A DNA stretch of 64,000 nucleotides, from positions 32,001 to 96,000 of the forward strand of contig OY969927.1 of the NCBI GenBank assembly GCA_963704655.1, read 5' to 3'. This DNA comes from an uncultured Candidatus Babeliaceae bacterium. GTDB lineage: Bacteria; Babelota; Babeliae; Babelales; Babelaceae. A program made the translations under genes and the position numbers. Every line of letters begins with the position of its first letter. Positions within the stretch are counted from its first letter, which is position 1. Below the pieces are notes generated by a model. The model searched no databases and was not told the origin of the DNA. It saw only the letters and a list, made by a program, of their open reading frames with translations. Positions 9,771 through 19,652 of this stretch are shown one piece after another.

Positions 9771-10466
9771 ATGAATAGCTATAATCGGGTTTCTGATTCC
9801 GTACAGACCTTTTTTGCGAACGTTTTTGGTTGGATGAGTGCTGGTTTGGGTTTAACTGCAACTACTGCATGGTATATCTTTTACCAAAAACCTCAAATAT
9901 TAGCTTATCTTACGCAATCGCCAATTTTGCTGATGGCACTTTTTATTTTTCAGTTGGTGCTTGTTTTTTGGTTTTCTTCGTCCGTGCTTAGAATGTCATT
10001 TAGTATGGCGCTTTCTATTTTCTTACTCTATGCAATGCTTAATGGCGTTATTTTTTCAGGAATTTTTTTTACGTACACCCAAGAAAGTATCGCCTTAACA
10101 TTTGGCATAGCTGCCGCAACATTTTTTGTAATGGCTCTTTTTGGATACATTACACGTGTTGACTTAACCCCAATTGGTGTTTTTGGGCTCATGGCACTTA
10201 TTGGCCTTATTATCTCTATGCTTGTTAATTTGTATTTTCAAAGCAGCATGTTTGAGATGATTATATCTGCCATAGGGGTAATTCTTTTTTCTGCCTTTAC
10301 AGCCTATGATATGCAACAGTTGCGTTTATTTGCTACACAATTACAAAATGGTCGCGGGCAGGAAGTGATGTATCAAGTTGCACTTATGGGAGCATTAAAG
10401 CTTTATTTAGATTTTATTAATTTATTTGTAATGTTGTTATCATTTACCGGCAAGCGCCGCGATTAA
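9771..10466 (+). CDS. Bax inhibitor-1/YccA family membrane protein
   Basis: 7 TM; VFGWMSAGL, TAYDMQ, ALKLYLDFINLF motifs. Confidence 0.92.
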   Translation: MNSYNRVSDSVQTFFANVFGWMSAGLGLTATTAWYIFYQKPQILAYLTQSPILLMALFIFQLVLVFWFSSSVLRMSFSMALSIFLLYAMLNGVIFSGIFFTYTQESIALTFGIAAATFFVMALFGYITRVDLTPIGVFGLMALIGLIISMLVNLYFQSSMFEMIISAIGVILFSAFTAYDMQQLRLFATQLQNGRGQEVMYQVALMGALKLYLDFINLFVMLLSFTGKRRD

Positions 10467-10479
10467 GAAAGGTTTATCT

Positions 10480-12117
10480 ATGAACTTTAAAAATTATATA
10501 AGTGCTTTTTTACTGATAGTACTTGCTTCATATTTGATTGCTCGGGAAGTTCCAAAGTCCCTTGAGGAACAAGGTGCGCAAGATTCTACTTTATTGGAAG
10601 ATAAGCAGATCCAGGTAAAATCTGAGCAAGCAAAAAAATTAGTATTAGATGGCGTTGAACAGATAAAAAAACAGGGTATTGGTCCTTCGTGCAAAGCGTT
10701 TATGGGTGACCCTACATGGCGCTATGGCGAAATGTATCTATTTGTCTTTGATGTTCAGGGTAACTGTTACTGCCATGGCTATGAAAAGGATTGTTTGTGG
10801 AAAAACTATGTTGATGATTCGGATGATTTTATAAAACGCATGGCAGAAGCAAGCAAAGTCGGCGGCTATTTAGATTATAAGTGGAACAACGGCTATTCAC
10901 GTGCTTATGTAAAAAATGTCACTGTAGGGAATAAGACATTTATTGTAGGTACAGGTTTTTATCCAACATCACCGGTATATATCGTTCAAGAGCTTATTAA
11001 CTCTGCAATAGTTTATCTTAAAAAGACATCATTTACTGAGCTTAAAGAGCGAGTTAATAACCCAACCGGTATCTTTGTGCGTGGGGATATTCACTTGGAA
11101 ATGTACTCATTCGATGGAATTTGTGTGGCAAATGGTGAGCAATTGGCATTTGTTGGCCAAAATTTACTTGATGCAATTACTGCTGATGGGAAGTATCTTG
11201 TGCGTGATATTATCGAAATTGCCAAAACTAAAGGTGAGGGTTGGTACTCATTTAGAGGACAAAGTGGTGATGAGCCTGCGCGAACCTATGTTAAAAAAAT
11301 TGTTGACCCTAAAGATAATAAACCGTATGTTTTGACGGCTGGTTATTATACAGAAATAACAGATCAAACGGTAGTAAGTTTAGTTAAAAAGGGAGCTAAT
11401 TTTTTAAAGGCAAATGGTCGTGAGGTTGCGTTTAGAGAATTTAGCACCCAAAATGACAAGTTTGTAAAGGGTAACGTCAACATCTTTGTTTATGACATAA
11501 AAGGGAACATGGTTGCGGACAGTAAAAATCCAGCATTTGTGGGCCTTAATCTTATTAACACGCGTGATGCTGAAGGGCGCCCTGTTACCCGTCAAATATT
11601 AGATATGGCAAATAAATATGGCAAAGGTTGGGTGACTAACTCTCTCAGTAATAGTTATCAAGTTTGTTACTGTGAAAAAGTAAAAGTACCAGATGGTGAT
11701 TTTGTAATCGGTGCCGCTTATTTCCCTGTTTCAAAAGAGAACTTTGTCCGCTTTATGATCGATGATGCAGTATTATATTTAGAAAATCATTCGCTTGAAG
11801 AGTCATTGCGGAAATTTACTACTAAAAGTTCAGACTACTTGCGTGGGGATATTAATGTCTTTGTTTATACCATTGATGGTATTTGTCTTGCAGATGGCAT
11901 TAATCTTGATAAAATCTGGTCAAATGATATCGAAGCAAAAGATGAGAATGGTATTAAAGTTATTGATAAAATGATCGCTGTTGCAAAAACAGGCGGTGGT
12001 TGGTTAAAATTCAATCTTAATAATACGGTATGTAATATTTATGTTAAAACAGTAGATAAGGCTGGTAAAAAAGCGCCACAAGAACTATATATCGTTGGTT
12101 CTGGGTACTATGAATAA
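10480..12117 (+). CDS. Exported protein of four tandem sCache_2-like domains
   Basis: Four repeats of FVYDxxG...GxN...D..G...A..G.GW; signal peptide; no C-terminal TM. Confidence 0.85.
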   Translation: MNFKNYISAFLLIVLASYLIAREVPKSLEEQGAQDSTLLEDKQIQVKSEQAKKLVLDGVEQIKKQGIGPSCKAFMGDPTWRYGEMYLFVFDVQGNCYCHGYEKDCLWKNYVDDSDDFIKRMAEASKVGGYLDYKWNNGYSRAYVKNVTVGNKTFIVGTGFYPTSPVYIVQELINSAIVYLKKTSFTELKERVNNPTGIFVRGDIHLEMYSFDGICVANGEQLAFVGQNLLDAITADGKYLVRDIIEIAKTKGEGWYSFRGQSGDEPARTYVKKIVDPKDNKPYVLTAGYYTEITDQTVVSLVKKGANFLKANGREVAFREFSTQNDKFVKGNVNIFVYDIKGNMVADSKNPAFVGLNLINTRDAEGRPVTRQILDMANKYGKGWVTNSLSNSYQVCYCEKVKVPDGDFVIGAAYFPVSKENFVRFMIDDAVLYLENHSLEESLRKFTTKSSDYLRGDINVFVYTIDGICLADGINLDKIWSNDIEAKDENGIKVIDKMIAVAKTGGGWLKFNLNNTVCNIYVKTVDKAGKKAPQELYIVGSGYYE

Positions 12118-12199
12118 AAAGGTGAGGAAGTATACGATGTAAATTTTTTATGTGCGATATATATGATATTATGTGTTTTTAATTTTTTTAAGGAAAATT

Positions 12200-12877
12200 A
12201 TGATGAATTCTAAAATTAATTTTTTATTTCTTGCATGTTGCGTAGTTAGCTTAGTGTCTGTTTCTGCTAGCGAAGAGGCTGCTGATACAAAAAGTGGCAA
12301 CAAGACTTATAAATGCTTAACAGTAAAAAACCAACTTAATGTCTGCGGCAATGCGAATATCGCTGGGTCATTAAATGTTGGTGGTGTAAATATTGCACCA
12401 TTAGTTGCACTAATTTCAGCAAACTCATTATCTTATGGCTCTGTTTATAATACGAGTGCAATCACATCACTTGCAAATGGTGGCTTTGTAACTTTTGGTA
12501 ATTCTGCGCCTTCTGCTGGCGGAGTGTTACCGCTTATGAATGGTTCTGCATCTGATGATACTGCAATTACCGTAAATAATGCTGGTGTATATGTTATTCA
12601 ATTTTCAGTACGTGGTACTGTTGGTTTAATTGATACTTCGCTGCTTTTCCAGATAACCTCTGGCAGTATAGCAAGTCCTGTGACTGTTGCCCAATTTGCA
12701 AGCAATACTTCTCACTTGAGCGATCTAGATGTTTTAGTAGTTAATGGCTCGGTAATCGTTTCATTAGCAGCAGGCACTGTTTTACGTTTACAAAACATAA
12801 GTGGTGCAGCAGTTGCAATACCAAGCATTAACGGTACGGCAACTAATGCTGAATTTTCAGTACAACGTATTGCGTAA
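12200..12877 (+). CDS. Secreted protein with BclA-C/C1q-TNF-like domain
   Basis: Signal peptide; ITVNNAGVYVIQFSV and IVSLAAGTVLRLQN beta strands. Confidence 0.7.
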   Translation: MMNSKINFLFLACCVVSLVSVSASEEAADTKSGNKTYKCLTVKNQLNVCGNANIAGSLNVGGVNIAPLVALISANSLSYGSVYNTSAITSLANGGFVTFGNSAPSAGGVLPLMNGSASDDTAITVNNAGVYVIQFSVRGTVGLIDTSLLFQITSGSIASPVTVAQFASNTSHLSDLDVLVVNGSVIVSLAAGTVLRLQNISGAAVAIPSINGTATNAEFSVQRIA

Positions 12878-12900
12878 TACAGCGTGTAGTTTTGATTATA

Positions 12901-12927
12901 AAAAAAAGGGGGCAGAAATGCCCCCTT
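12901..12927. terminator. Rho-independent terminator (twin at 13845)
   Basis: A7-GGGGGCA-GAAA-TGCCCCC-TT. Confidence 0.8.
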
Positions 12928-12945
12928 GTAAGTTAAGAACTTAGT

Positions 12946-13833
12946 ATGAAACAAAAAGTAATTATAGATACAGATCCAGGGTGTGATGATGCTTTGGCTT
13001 TAATATTAGCATGCTTAAGCGATAAGTTTGATATTAAGGCTATAACAACAGTCGCTGGAAATGCACCTATCGAATTAACAACCTGCAACGCTTGGTATAT
13101 GTTAAATTTAGTGCATGCTAACAATATCCCACTTTATTCTGGTGCTAAAAAACCTCTTAATCGTGCCTATAAAACAGACAATTTTTTTGGCAAATCTGGA
13201 CTTGGCGGAATTACTGCACCTACTCAAGCGACTTTAACCAATAATGCTTGCCAAAAAATAGTAGAGATTGTTAAAAAATATCCGCATGAAATTACTCTTA
13301 TTACGCTTGGCCCCTTAACGAATATCGCACAGGCATTTATGAACGATGAAGAAACTATGAATCTTGCAAAAGAGATTATTATGGCAGGTGGCATTATTGA
13401 GTCTGCTGGAAATATTACCGCTACTGCAGAGTTTAATTTTTATAGTGATCCAGAAGCTGTTTCTATAGTTTTAAAATCCCGCGTAAAAAAAACAATACTT
13501 CCTTTGGATTTAAGAGATAAAGTACATTTTTTTTGGCAAGACGTGCTGAGTACAAAAAACTTAATTATAGCGCCGATAATTACTAAAATGCTTGAGCCAT
13601 TTGTTGAAAAATATCCAAATCCAGCTGCCGTTTTATTTGATCCATTTGCAATTTATTATGCATTGCATTGCGATATTCCAACGTATCTATGTTTTATGGC
13701 GTTAGAACATCAAACACAGCGTATTTTATGTACGCCTATTACAGATTTAGGGGATAATGCTCATAAGGTTCAAGTTGTTAAAGATATATCGAGCAATGAT
13801 TTTAAAAAATTCCTTAAAGATACTCTTGCTTAA
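12946..13833 (+). CDS. Inosine/uridine-preferring nucleoside hydrolase
   Basis: DTDPGCDDA, LGPLTN, AEFNFYSDPEA. Confidence 0.93.
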   Translation: MKQKVIIDTDPGCDDALALILACLSDKFDIKAITTVAGNAPIELTTCNAWYMLNLVHANNIPLYSGAKKPLNRAYKTDNFFGKSGLGGITAPTQATLTNNACQKIVEIVKKYPHEITLITLGPLTNIAQAFMNDEETMNLAKEIIMAGGIIESAGNITATAEFNFYSDPEAVSIVLKSRVKKTILPLDLRDKVHFFWQDVLSTKNLIIAPIITKMLEPFVEKYPNPAAVLFDPFAIYYALHCDIPTYLCFMALEHQTQRILCTPITDLGDNAHKVQVVKDISSNDFKKFLKDTLA

Positions 13834-13844
13834 AAATAGATAAT

Positions 13845-13871
13845 AAAAAGGGGCAGAAATGCCCCCTTTTT
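13845..13871. terminator. Bidirectional terminator
   Basis: AAAAA-GGGGCA-GAAA-TGCCCC-CTTTTT. Confidence 0.8.
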
Positions 13872-13873
13872 AT

Positions 13874-14413
13874 TTACTTGCTTACGTCGATAAGTTCAAC
13901 GTCAAAAATTAAATCAGCGTTTGGTGGAATAACAGCACCCGCGCCGCGAGCGCCATAACCAAGGTTTGCTGGAATATAAAGACGGCGTTTTTCGCCAACT
14001 TTCATTCCCATGACACCTTCATCCCAGCCGCGGATAACCGTACCAACTCCAATTTTAAATTGGAACGGCTTTTTGCGGTCGACGCTACTATCAAATTGTG
14101 TGCCATCATATTTATTAAATTCAAAAACTTCTTCCAGATTGTCATTTTTTAGCCAACCAGTGTAATGTACCGTAACTGTTGCGCCAGGTTTTGGCGTTAT
14201 GGTACTTTCTGCTGGTTTTAAAATTGTATATTCAAGACCAGATGCTGTTTTTGTTTTTTTTCCTGTTTCCATGGGTGCCTTCATAAATTTCTTTGCATTT
14301 TCTGAGGTTGACGTTACACATTCCTGTTTCCGTTTTGTGCCGCAGCACGAGGCATCTGCATGCGCAGCGTTATACGCACAGAGCATGCTTGTTAAGATAA
14401 CCATCTTTTTCAT
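13874..14413 (-). CDS. FKBP-type peptidyl-prolyl isomerase, exported (Mip/FkpA-like)
   Basis: VHYTG, FDSS, VIRGWDEG, IPANLGYG, LIFDVEL; start after AAAGGAG. Confidence 0.93.
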   Translation of the reverse strand: MKKMVILTSMLCAYNAAHADASCCGTKRKQECVTSTSENAKKFMKAPMETGKKTKTASGLEYTILKPAESTITPKPGATVTVHYTGWLKNDNLEEVFEFNKYDGTQFDSSVDRKKPFQFKIGVGTVIRGWDEGVMGMKVGEKRRLYIPANLGYGARGAGAVIPPNADLIFDVELIDVSK

Positions 14414-14455
14414 ATAAACTCCTTTGTTTAAAACAGTGCGCATGACGCACAACTG

Positions 14456-15046
14456 CTACCAGTTTACAATAAGCGATGCAAATTGACTACCCAGGTAGCT
14501 GCAAAAGAGTATCGTTGGTAATGCACCAACAATTGTTGATAGAATAAATGTTTTTGTATTGATATGCGTAAAGCCAGCAGCAAGATTAACGATAAAAAAG
14601 GGAATAACTGGAATTGCTCTTACGAGTATAAGATAATAAAAACCATATTTTTTAAAATTGTTATTGAATTTTTTTAATTCGTGAGAATATTTTTCTTGTA
14701 CATAATAACCAAACATTTTTTTCGAGAGCTTAAAGACACAGATGCTACTTGCAGTAAGTGCAATAAGTGTATACAAACTCCCTGTGATAGTGCCAAAAAG
14801 AAAACCACCAATTGTTATCATAACCAGCGTTATGGGTAATGCTGATATGGCTAAAATGAAAAAAATAAGCGTATACAGGGCGCCAGAAAATAGCGGGCTT
14901 CTTGTGGTATGCCAAAGTAAAAATTGTTGGTTATCTTTGATCGTTGTTAGATTTGCGTAAGCTTTTAAGTTGCCGAAGTGCCATAAACAAGCAACCAAAA
15001 TAAAAAAAAGACACAAAAAGATAAGATTACGGTACACTGGTTTCAT
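14456..15046 (-). CDS. TVP38/TMEM64 (DedA/VTT) membrane protein
   Basis: GGFLFG and RAIPVIPFFIVNLAAG motifs. Confidence 0.88.
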   Translation of the reverse strand: MKPVYRNLIFLCLFFILVACLWHFGNLKAYANLTTIKDNQQFLLWHTTRSPLFSGALYTLIFFILAISALPITLVMITIGGFLFGTITGSLYTLIALTASSICVFKLSKKMFGYYVQEKYSHELKKFNNNFKKYGFYYLILVRAIPVIPFFIVNLAAGFTHINTKTFILSTIVGALPTILFCSYLGSQFASLIVNW

Positions 15047-15090
15047 ATAGCAGGTAGTTTAAACCAATTTTTAAGAAATAGAAACAGACT

Positions 15091-15975
15091 ATGGAACGTT
15101 TACTTATATTACTCATGAATGCACTTTTTGCAGCAACTTTTCCTATTGGAAAAATAGCGCTGCAGTATGCTGGCCCGGTATTTTTAACCGCAACGCGTAT
15201 GCTTTTAGCCGGCAGTATATTATTTTTATATAGTTATTTTAAAGAGAGTAAGAAAATAAAAGTTCACCGTAAAGACTGGTGGCTCTTTGTAAAAACTTCA
15301 TTCTTTTATATATTTTTGGCCTTTGTGCCAGAATTCTGGGCATTAAACTACTTAACATCGATTAAAACTAATCTTTTGTGGTCCGCGCAACCTTTTTTGG
15401 CCGCGATATTAGGTTTTTTTATTCTTTCAGAAAAGCTGAACTATAAAAAACTGTTTGCTTTACTTATTGGCTTTTTGGGCATGTTGCCGATTATTTTTAC
15501 CGCTGATCAAGGTGAACAAGGCTTAGCCCATATTTTTGCAATTTCACTTCCCGAGTTTGCCCTTTTTGTTGCCGTCTTTTCAACGATTTATGGCTGGTTT
15601 TTAATTAAGCAGCTGCTTGATAAAGGTTACAGCTTGAGCCTTATTAACGGCATCACTATGTCACTCGGTGGGCTTTTGTGCTTGGTTACTTCATTTGGGG
15701 AGCAACTTTTTTACCATCAGGAACTATACAATAACTTCGGCGCGGTTATGGGCTATAGCTTCTTGCTGGTGCTTATCTCAAATGTGCTTGCCTATGGCAT
15801 TTATGGCTATTTATTATCTCGTTATTCGATTACGTTTCTCTCATTTTCTGGCTTTACGTGTCCGTTATTTGGCTTTCTTTTTAGTTACCTTATGGGCGAG
15901 ACTATTCCGTTTTCATATATCTATGGCTGTGCATTAATTATCGTGGGCCTGTATATATTTTATCTTGAAGAGTAA
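15091..15975 (+). CDS. DMT/EamA family transporter
   Basis: About 10 TM in two EamA-like halves. Confidence 0.88.
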   Translation: MERLLILLMNALFAATFPIGKIALQYAGPVFLTATRMLLAGSILFLYSYFKESKKIKVHRKDWWLFVKTSFFYIFLAFVPEFWALNYLTSIKTNLLWSAQPFLAAILGFFILSEKLNYKKLFALLIGFLGMLPIIFTADQGEQGLAHIFAISLPEFALFVAVFSTIYGWFLIKQLLDKGYSLSLINGITMSLGGLLCLVTSFGEQLFYHQELYNNFGAVMGYSFLLVLISNVLAYGIYGYLLSRYSITFLSFSGFTCPLFGFLFSYLMGETIPFSYIYGCALIIVGLYIFYLEE

Positions 15976-16069
15976 TTCTTATTTGTAATTATTAATAATA
16001 AGTAGTTGACTATTTTGTTTAACTAAATTAGCGTTATATACTATAATTAAAGAGTTAAATGTCTTAATA

Positions 16070-16843
16070 TTGGGGGCGCTTGTGAAAAGGTTTTTATTGT
16101 TGTTTGTTTCTTTGTCTGCAGTATCATTACTGGGCGCTAAAAAGGTCACTATAGATGCTGCCGCATTGATAAACAGAGTTGTTTATAATTGTTCTGATGC
16201 GGGTGCGAATTTTTCAGATTTTGCTGTAAGAGGAGTTGTTTCAGATTTTGTAACAGCTGGTAATGTTGTAGGTTTAAAAAATACGTTAGTGCAATTAAGC
16301 CAGTGCAAAGAGGCTATCAATGCAAAATTGCAGGATTATTCTTGTTATGAACATTTTTTAAGTCGAAATTTTTCTTCAGATGATGCCATTCTTACAACGG
16401 GCGCTATTGCTTTCAGCACATTCCTTGGTGCATGTGTGTATGCATTTTTTAGAGATTTGGTGAGAGATTTTAGTGATGTTAATTTTGTGAGGGATTATCC
16501 ACAGAGTAGCGATTTGGAAAATCTATCGCATGAAAAATTGCTCTCTTTATGCAAAGCTGCTCACAAGGCTTCTGGGGATAATTATTCTGCAATGGTTGTA
16601 TCAGGCACTTTTTTTGGGGTTTCGCTATCTACTGCTTATTTTGCATACTATTTATATTCAAAGTATGGAAAAGACTGGTCAAAGCAATTTATTTTTGATG
16701 ATGAATACACTCCGTCAAAAGTATCAATGGAAAGAGATGGCGATATTTTTAAATTAGAAAAAAATTTAAAAAAAGTAGATGATCTCATTGAGCATCTTAA
16801 CTTGCAAATTGCGATTTTAGAAACGCAGCAGTCTGTACCGTAA
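16070..16843 (+). CDS. Secreted/membrane hypothetical protein
   Basis: Signal peptide (likely GTG start at 16082), two TM, coiled C-terminus. Confidence 0.75.
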   Translation: MGALVKRFLLLFVSLSAVSLLGAKKVTIDAAALINRVVYNCSDAGANFSDFAVRGVVSDFVTAGNVVGLKNTLVQLSQCKEAINAKLQDYSCYEHFLSRNFSSDDAILTTGAIAFSTFLGACVYAFFRDLVRDFSDVNFVRDYPQSSDLENLSHEKLLSLCKAAHKASGDNYSAMVVSGTFFGVSLSTAYFAYYLYSKYGKDWSKQFIFDDEYTPSKVSMERDGDIFKLEKNLKKVDDLIEHLNLQIAILETQQSVP

Positions 16844-16865
16844 TCAAGTAATAATTAAAATATTC

Positions 16866-16899
16866 AAAAGGGCGGCTCTATAAAAAGAGTCGCTTTTTT
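16866..16899. terminator. Terminator (related to 17553)
   Basis: GCGGCTCT-ATAAA-AGAGTCGC hairpin plus T run. Confidence 0.75.
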
Positions 16900-16926
16900 G
16901 AATATTTGTTAAATATTTAAAAAAAA

Positions 16927-17526
16927 TTGAAAGTAATAATGTCGCTAGAAATATTAAAAGATAAAATTCGTTGTTTTGGCAATGGCACAGGCAAAGAGTT
17001 TTATGCAGAATATCATGATACCCAATGGGGTATGCCGGTGCATGATGATAATCTTTTGTTTGAGATGCTTATTTTAGAAGGCGCACAAGCAGGGTTGAGC
17101 TGGGAGACGATTCTAAAGCGCCGTAGCGGTTACCGTAAGGTTTTTTATGATTTTGATCCGTGCAAGGTTGCTGCCATGTCTGATAGTGAGCTTGAAACGC
17201 TGCTTTCTAACCCTGAGATTATCCGTAACCGCCTTAAGGTTTTTGGTACACGCCAGAATGCGCAGGCATTTTTAAAAGTTCAGCAAGATTTTGGTTCTTT
17301 TAATAACTACCTGTGGCATTTTGTTTTTAACAAGCCGATTATTAATAACTGGAAATCACTTAAAGATATTCCGCCTAAAACGCCAGAAAGTGATGCCCTA
17401 TCTAAAGATCTTAAAAAGCGCTACTTTACCTTTGTAGGGACAACTATAATATATGCCTTTATGCAGGCTATTGGTATGGTCGATGACCATATTGTCACCT
17501 GCTGGAAGCGTTTAGACAACCAATAG
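16927..17526 (+). CDS. tag: DNA-3-methyladenine glycosylase I
   Basis: YHDTQWG, LEGAQAGLSW, IIRNRLK, FVGTT, DH..C. Confidence 0.95.
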   Translation: MKVIMSLEILKDKIRCFGNGTGKEFYAEYHDTQWGMPVHDDNLLFEMLILEGAQAGLSWETILKRRSGYRKVFYDFDPCKVAAMSDSELETLLSNPEIIRNRLKVFGTRQNAQAFLKVQQDFGSFNNYLWHFVFNKPIINNWKSLKDIPPKTPESDALSKDLKKRYFTFVGTTIIYAFMQAIGMVDDHIVTCWKRLDNQ

Positions 17527-17552
17527 TAGCTGGTCTTATAATTTTGATATAT

Positions 17553-17591
17553 AAAAAGCGACGACTCTTTAAAAAGAGTCGTCGCTTTTTT
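17553..17591. terminator. Bidirectional terminator
   Basis: AAAAAGCGACGACTCTTT/AAAGAGTCGTCGCTTTTT. Confidence 0.85.
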
Positions 17592-17604
17592 GTGGTTTTT
17601 AAAA

Positions 17605-18840
17605 TCAATCAACATCTAATTCAGGCACTTCAGGTGTAGCTTGAGGCTTTAACATCTGTTGTCTAATACCCTGTATAGATTGCAATTGCTTAGATAGTTT
17701 CCAAAGAGCATCCGTTGCTTGCGCGATAATAGTTGCATCAACAGGATTTCCTTTTTGCTGCTGCTCTTGTGCTTCTTTAAGAATTTCGCGATAAAGCATT
17801 TCTGCGGTCTTTTTGTTTTTAAGTTTAATATTATTGTTATTAGCCATGTTTGCCAATGCAAGTTTTGATTTAAAATAGTAGGCATCAAACCATTGAAGGC
17901 GAATAATTTCATTATATAATCTTGCAGCTTCTTTAAAATCAGGCTTTTTGTTCGGTTGGCCAAGCCCCATGCGTGCCATTTCAGCTAAATTAAATCGTGC
18001 AAAATCTAAACTTTCGTATTTTTTATTAAATAAATCACGGTCTTTGATTTGTAGCGCTTCTGAGACAATTTCATTACAGAGTTTTATTGCCTCTGGATAA
18101 TTTGGCTGGTTATTTGGTTGTCCCCATCCATGCATGAGCATAATAACCAGCTGCATTTTGGCAGGACTTATTACTTCCCATATTATTGTATCATGCGCAA
18201 TTTCATGATAAAGTTTAAAAATTTCAGCACTATGTTCGCCATAATCTTTTTTGCTTTCTGGGTTTAAAAATTTTATGAGTTCTAACCTTTTTATATTTAT
18301 TTGATTACGTATCTCTTCTGTTTGTTGTGCTTGAGGTAGGCTTTCTAGTCGCTCAATTTCCTTTTTTGTTAATCCAATAAGATCTATTGTTTTATAGATA
18401 CGAGTAAATTCATCTTTGATTTGCTCTTGGTTAATAGTTTTTACAAAATCAAATGGGAACTCTTTGTCGGCAGACTGGGGATTATATCTATATAAAAAAA
18501 TCTTGTCTATTATTTGCCGTGTTAAAGGGCTTTCAATTTTATTATTTGTAATAAAAACATTTGCAAGTCCAGGGGCATCAAAAAAATGAAATTGGTTCTT
18601 TTCTAAAGGTATAACAGCCAAGAAGAATTGCTTTTTTTCATTTTGGGCTGTATTTGCAATCTCTTTAAAACTTTCAAGATTTAATGAGTCAATTTGATCC
18701 ATGCCGTCCAAAGCAATGAAGCTTTTTTTAATGTTGTCTTTAATTTCTTGCGTAGGTTCAGCCATGCCCGATAGTGGCATTGAAGACATTCCCCACATTA
18801 TAGCAAAAAGTATGGTAAGAAGATTTTTTCCGTTTTTCAT
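17605..18840 (-). CDS. Secreted protein with U-box-like N-domain and Sel1-like repeats
   Basis: Signal peptide; HFFD...SPLTRQ; repeats AxxxLAxM..xGxGQPN..PxYxEA. Confidence 0.7.
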   Translation of the reverse strand: MKNGKNLLTILFAIMWGMSSMPLSGMAEPTQEIKDNIKKSFIALDGMDQIDSLNLESFKEIANTAQNEKKQFFLAVIPLEKNQFHFFDAPGLANVFITNNKIESPLTRQIIDKIFLYRYNPQSADKEFPFDFVKTINQEQIKDEFTRIYKTIDLIGLTKKEIERLESLPQAQQTEEIRNQINIKRLELIKFLNPESKKDYGEHSAEIFKLYHEIAHDTIIWEVISPAKMQLVIMLMHGWGQPNNQPNYPEAIKLCNEIVSEALQIKDRDLFNKKYESLDFARFNLAEMARMGLGQPNKKPDFKEAARLYNEIIRLQWFDAYYFKSKLALANMANNNNIKLKNKKTAEMLYREILKEAQEQQQKGNPVDATIIAQATDALWKLSKQLQSIQGIRQQMLKPQATPEVPELDVD

Positions 18841-18999
18841 TAATTACCCCTTTGATATTAATTACCCCTTTGATAAAGTTTCTATCTATATATAAGTATA
18901 AATAGCATAAGTTTAATTTGTAAACATATTGCATATTTGTATTTTGATGTGATACCATAAATATATGGAAATAATTTTTAAAATTCTAGGGGGAGTAAG

Positions 19000-19428
19000 A
19001 TGAAAAAAATTCTTTTTTGTGCAAGTTTGCTCATTATAAGCTCTATTTTTGCCGATGAACCAAGTAAAGCGTCTGATATAGCCGTTGAAACTCCGGTTGC
19101 GCCAAAGCCTATGCCGCCATTAATGATACCAGAGCCAACAGTGGTTGGTTCACGTTCCCCGGCGCAAATGGTTGGGATACAAAAGAGAGAAGAACCGCAA
19201 TATAAGCCAATGCCGCCTTTAGCATTTCCTGTAAATGTGGGAGATGAGGATGTTATAACTGATTTTGGATCAATGCCTACTGTGCCGGCTAAACACCCAG
19301 AGATTCCTCAGAATGTAAAGTCTACCGCGCCTCAAAAAATTTCTTATGTAAGAAAAGCGCCACGCATAGCATTACCAAGCAAAACGCCAGAAGAAATTAA
19401 AAAACAAGATGTTGTTTCTGTTGGATAA
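19000..19428 (+). CDS. Secreted proline-rich protein
   Basis: GGGGAG RBS, signal peptide, KPMPPL twice. Confidence 0.8.
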   Translation: MKKILFCASLLIISSIFADEPSKASDIAVETPVAPKPMPPLMIPEPTVVGSRSPAQMVGIQKREEPQYKPMPPLAFPVNVGDEDVITDFGSMPTVPAKHPEIPQNVKSTAPQKISYVRKAPRIALPSKTPEEIKKQDVVSVG

Positions 19429-19450
19429 AGATAGAGACCAGTACACGGCT

Positions 19451-19488
19451 GGCCTTCCATCTGTGGCTCCGAAAGGAGCGAAAGATGG
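19451..19488 (-). repeat. Family-B hairpin fused to tRNA-Ser CCA end
   Basis: tRNA sense CCATCT...AGATGG-AAGGCC. Confidence 0.8.
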
Positions 19489-19577
19489 AGGAGAGAGTGG
19501 GATTCGAACCCACGATCCCGATCACTCGGGATAACGGTTTTCAAGACCGCCGCTTTCGACCGCTCAGCCATCTCTCC
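19486..19577 (-). tRNA. tRNA-Ser(TGA)
   Basis: Cloverleaf, anticodon arm GCGGT-CT-TGA-AA-ACCGT, long variable arm, CCA. Confidence 0.97.
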
Positions 19578-19652
19578 GCTGGATCGTAAAGTATTATTCT
19601 ATTTTAAGGCTTTTGATATAAAAATCAATAGAATAATAAGCTATTTTTGCGC

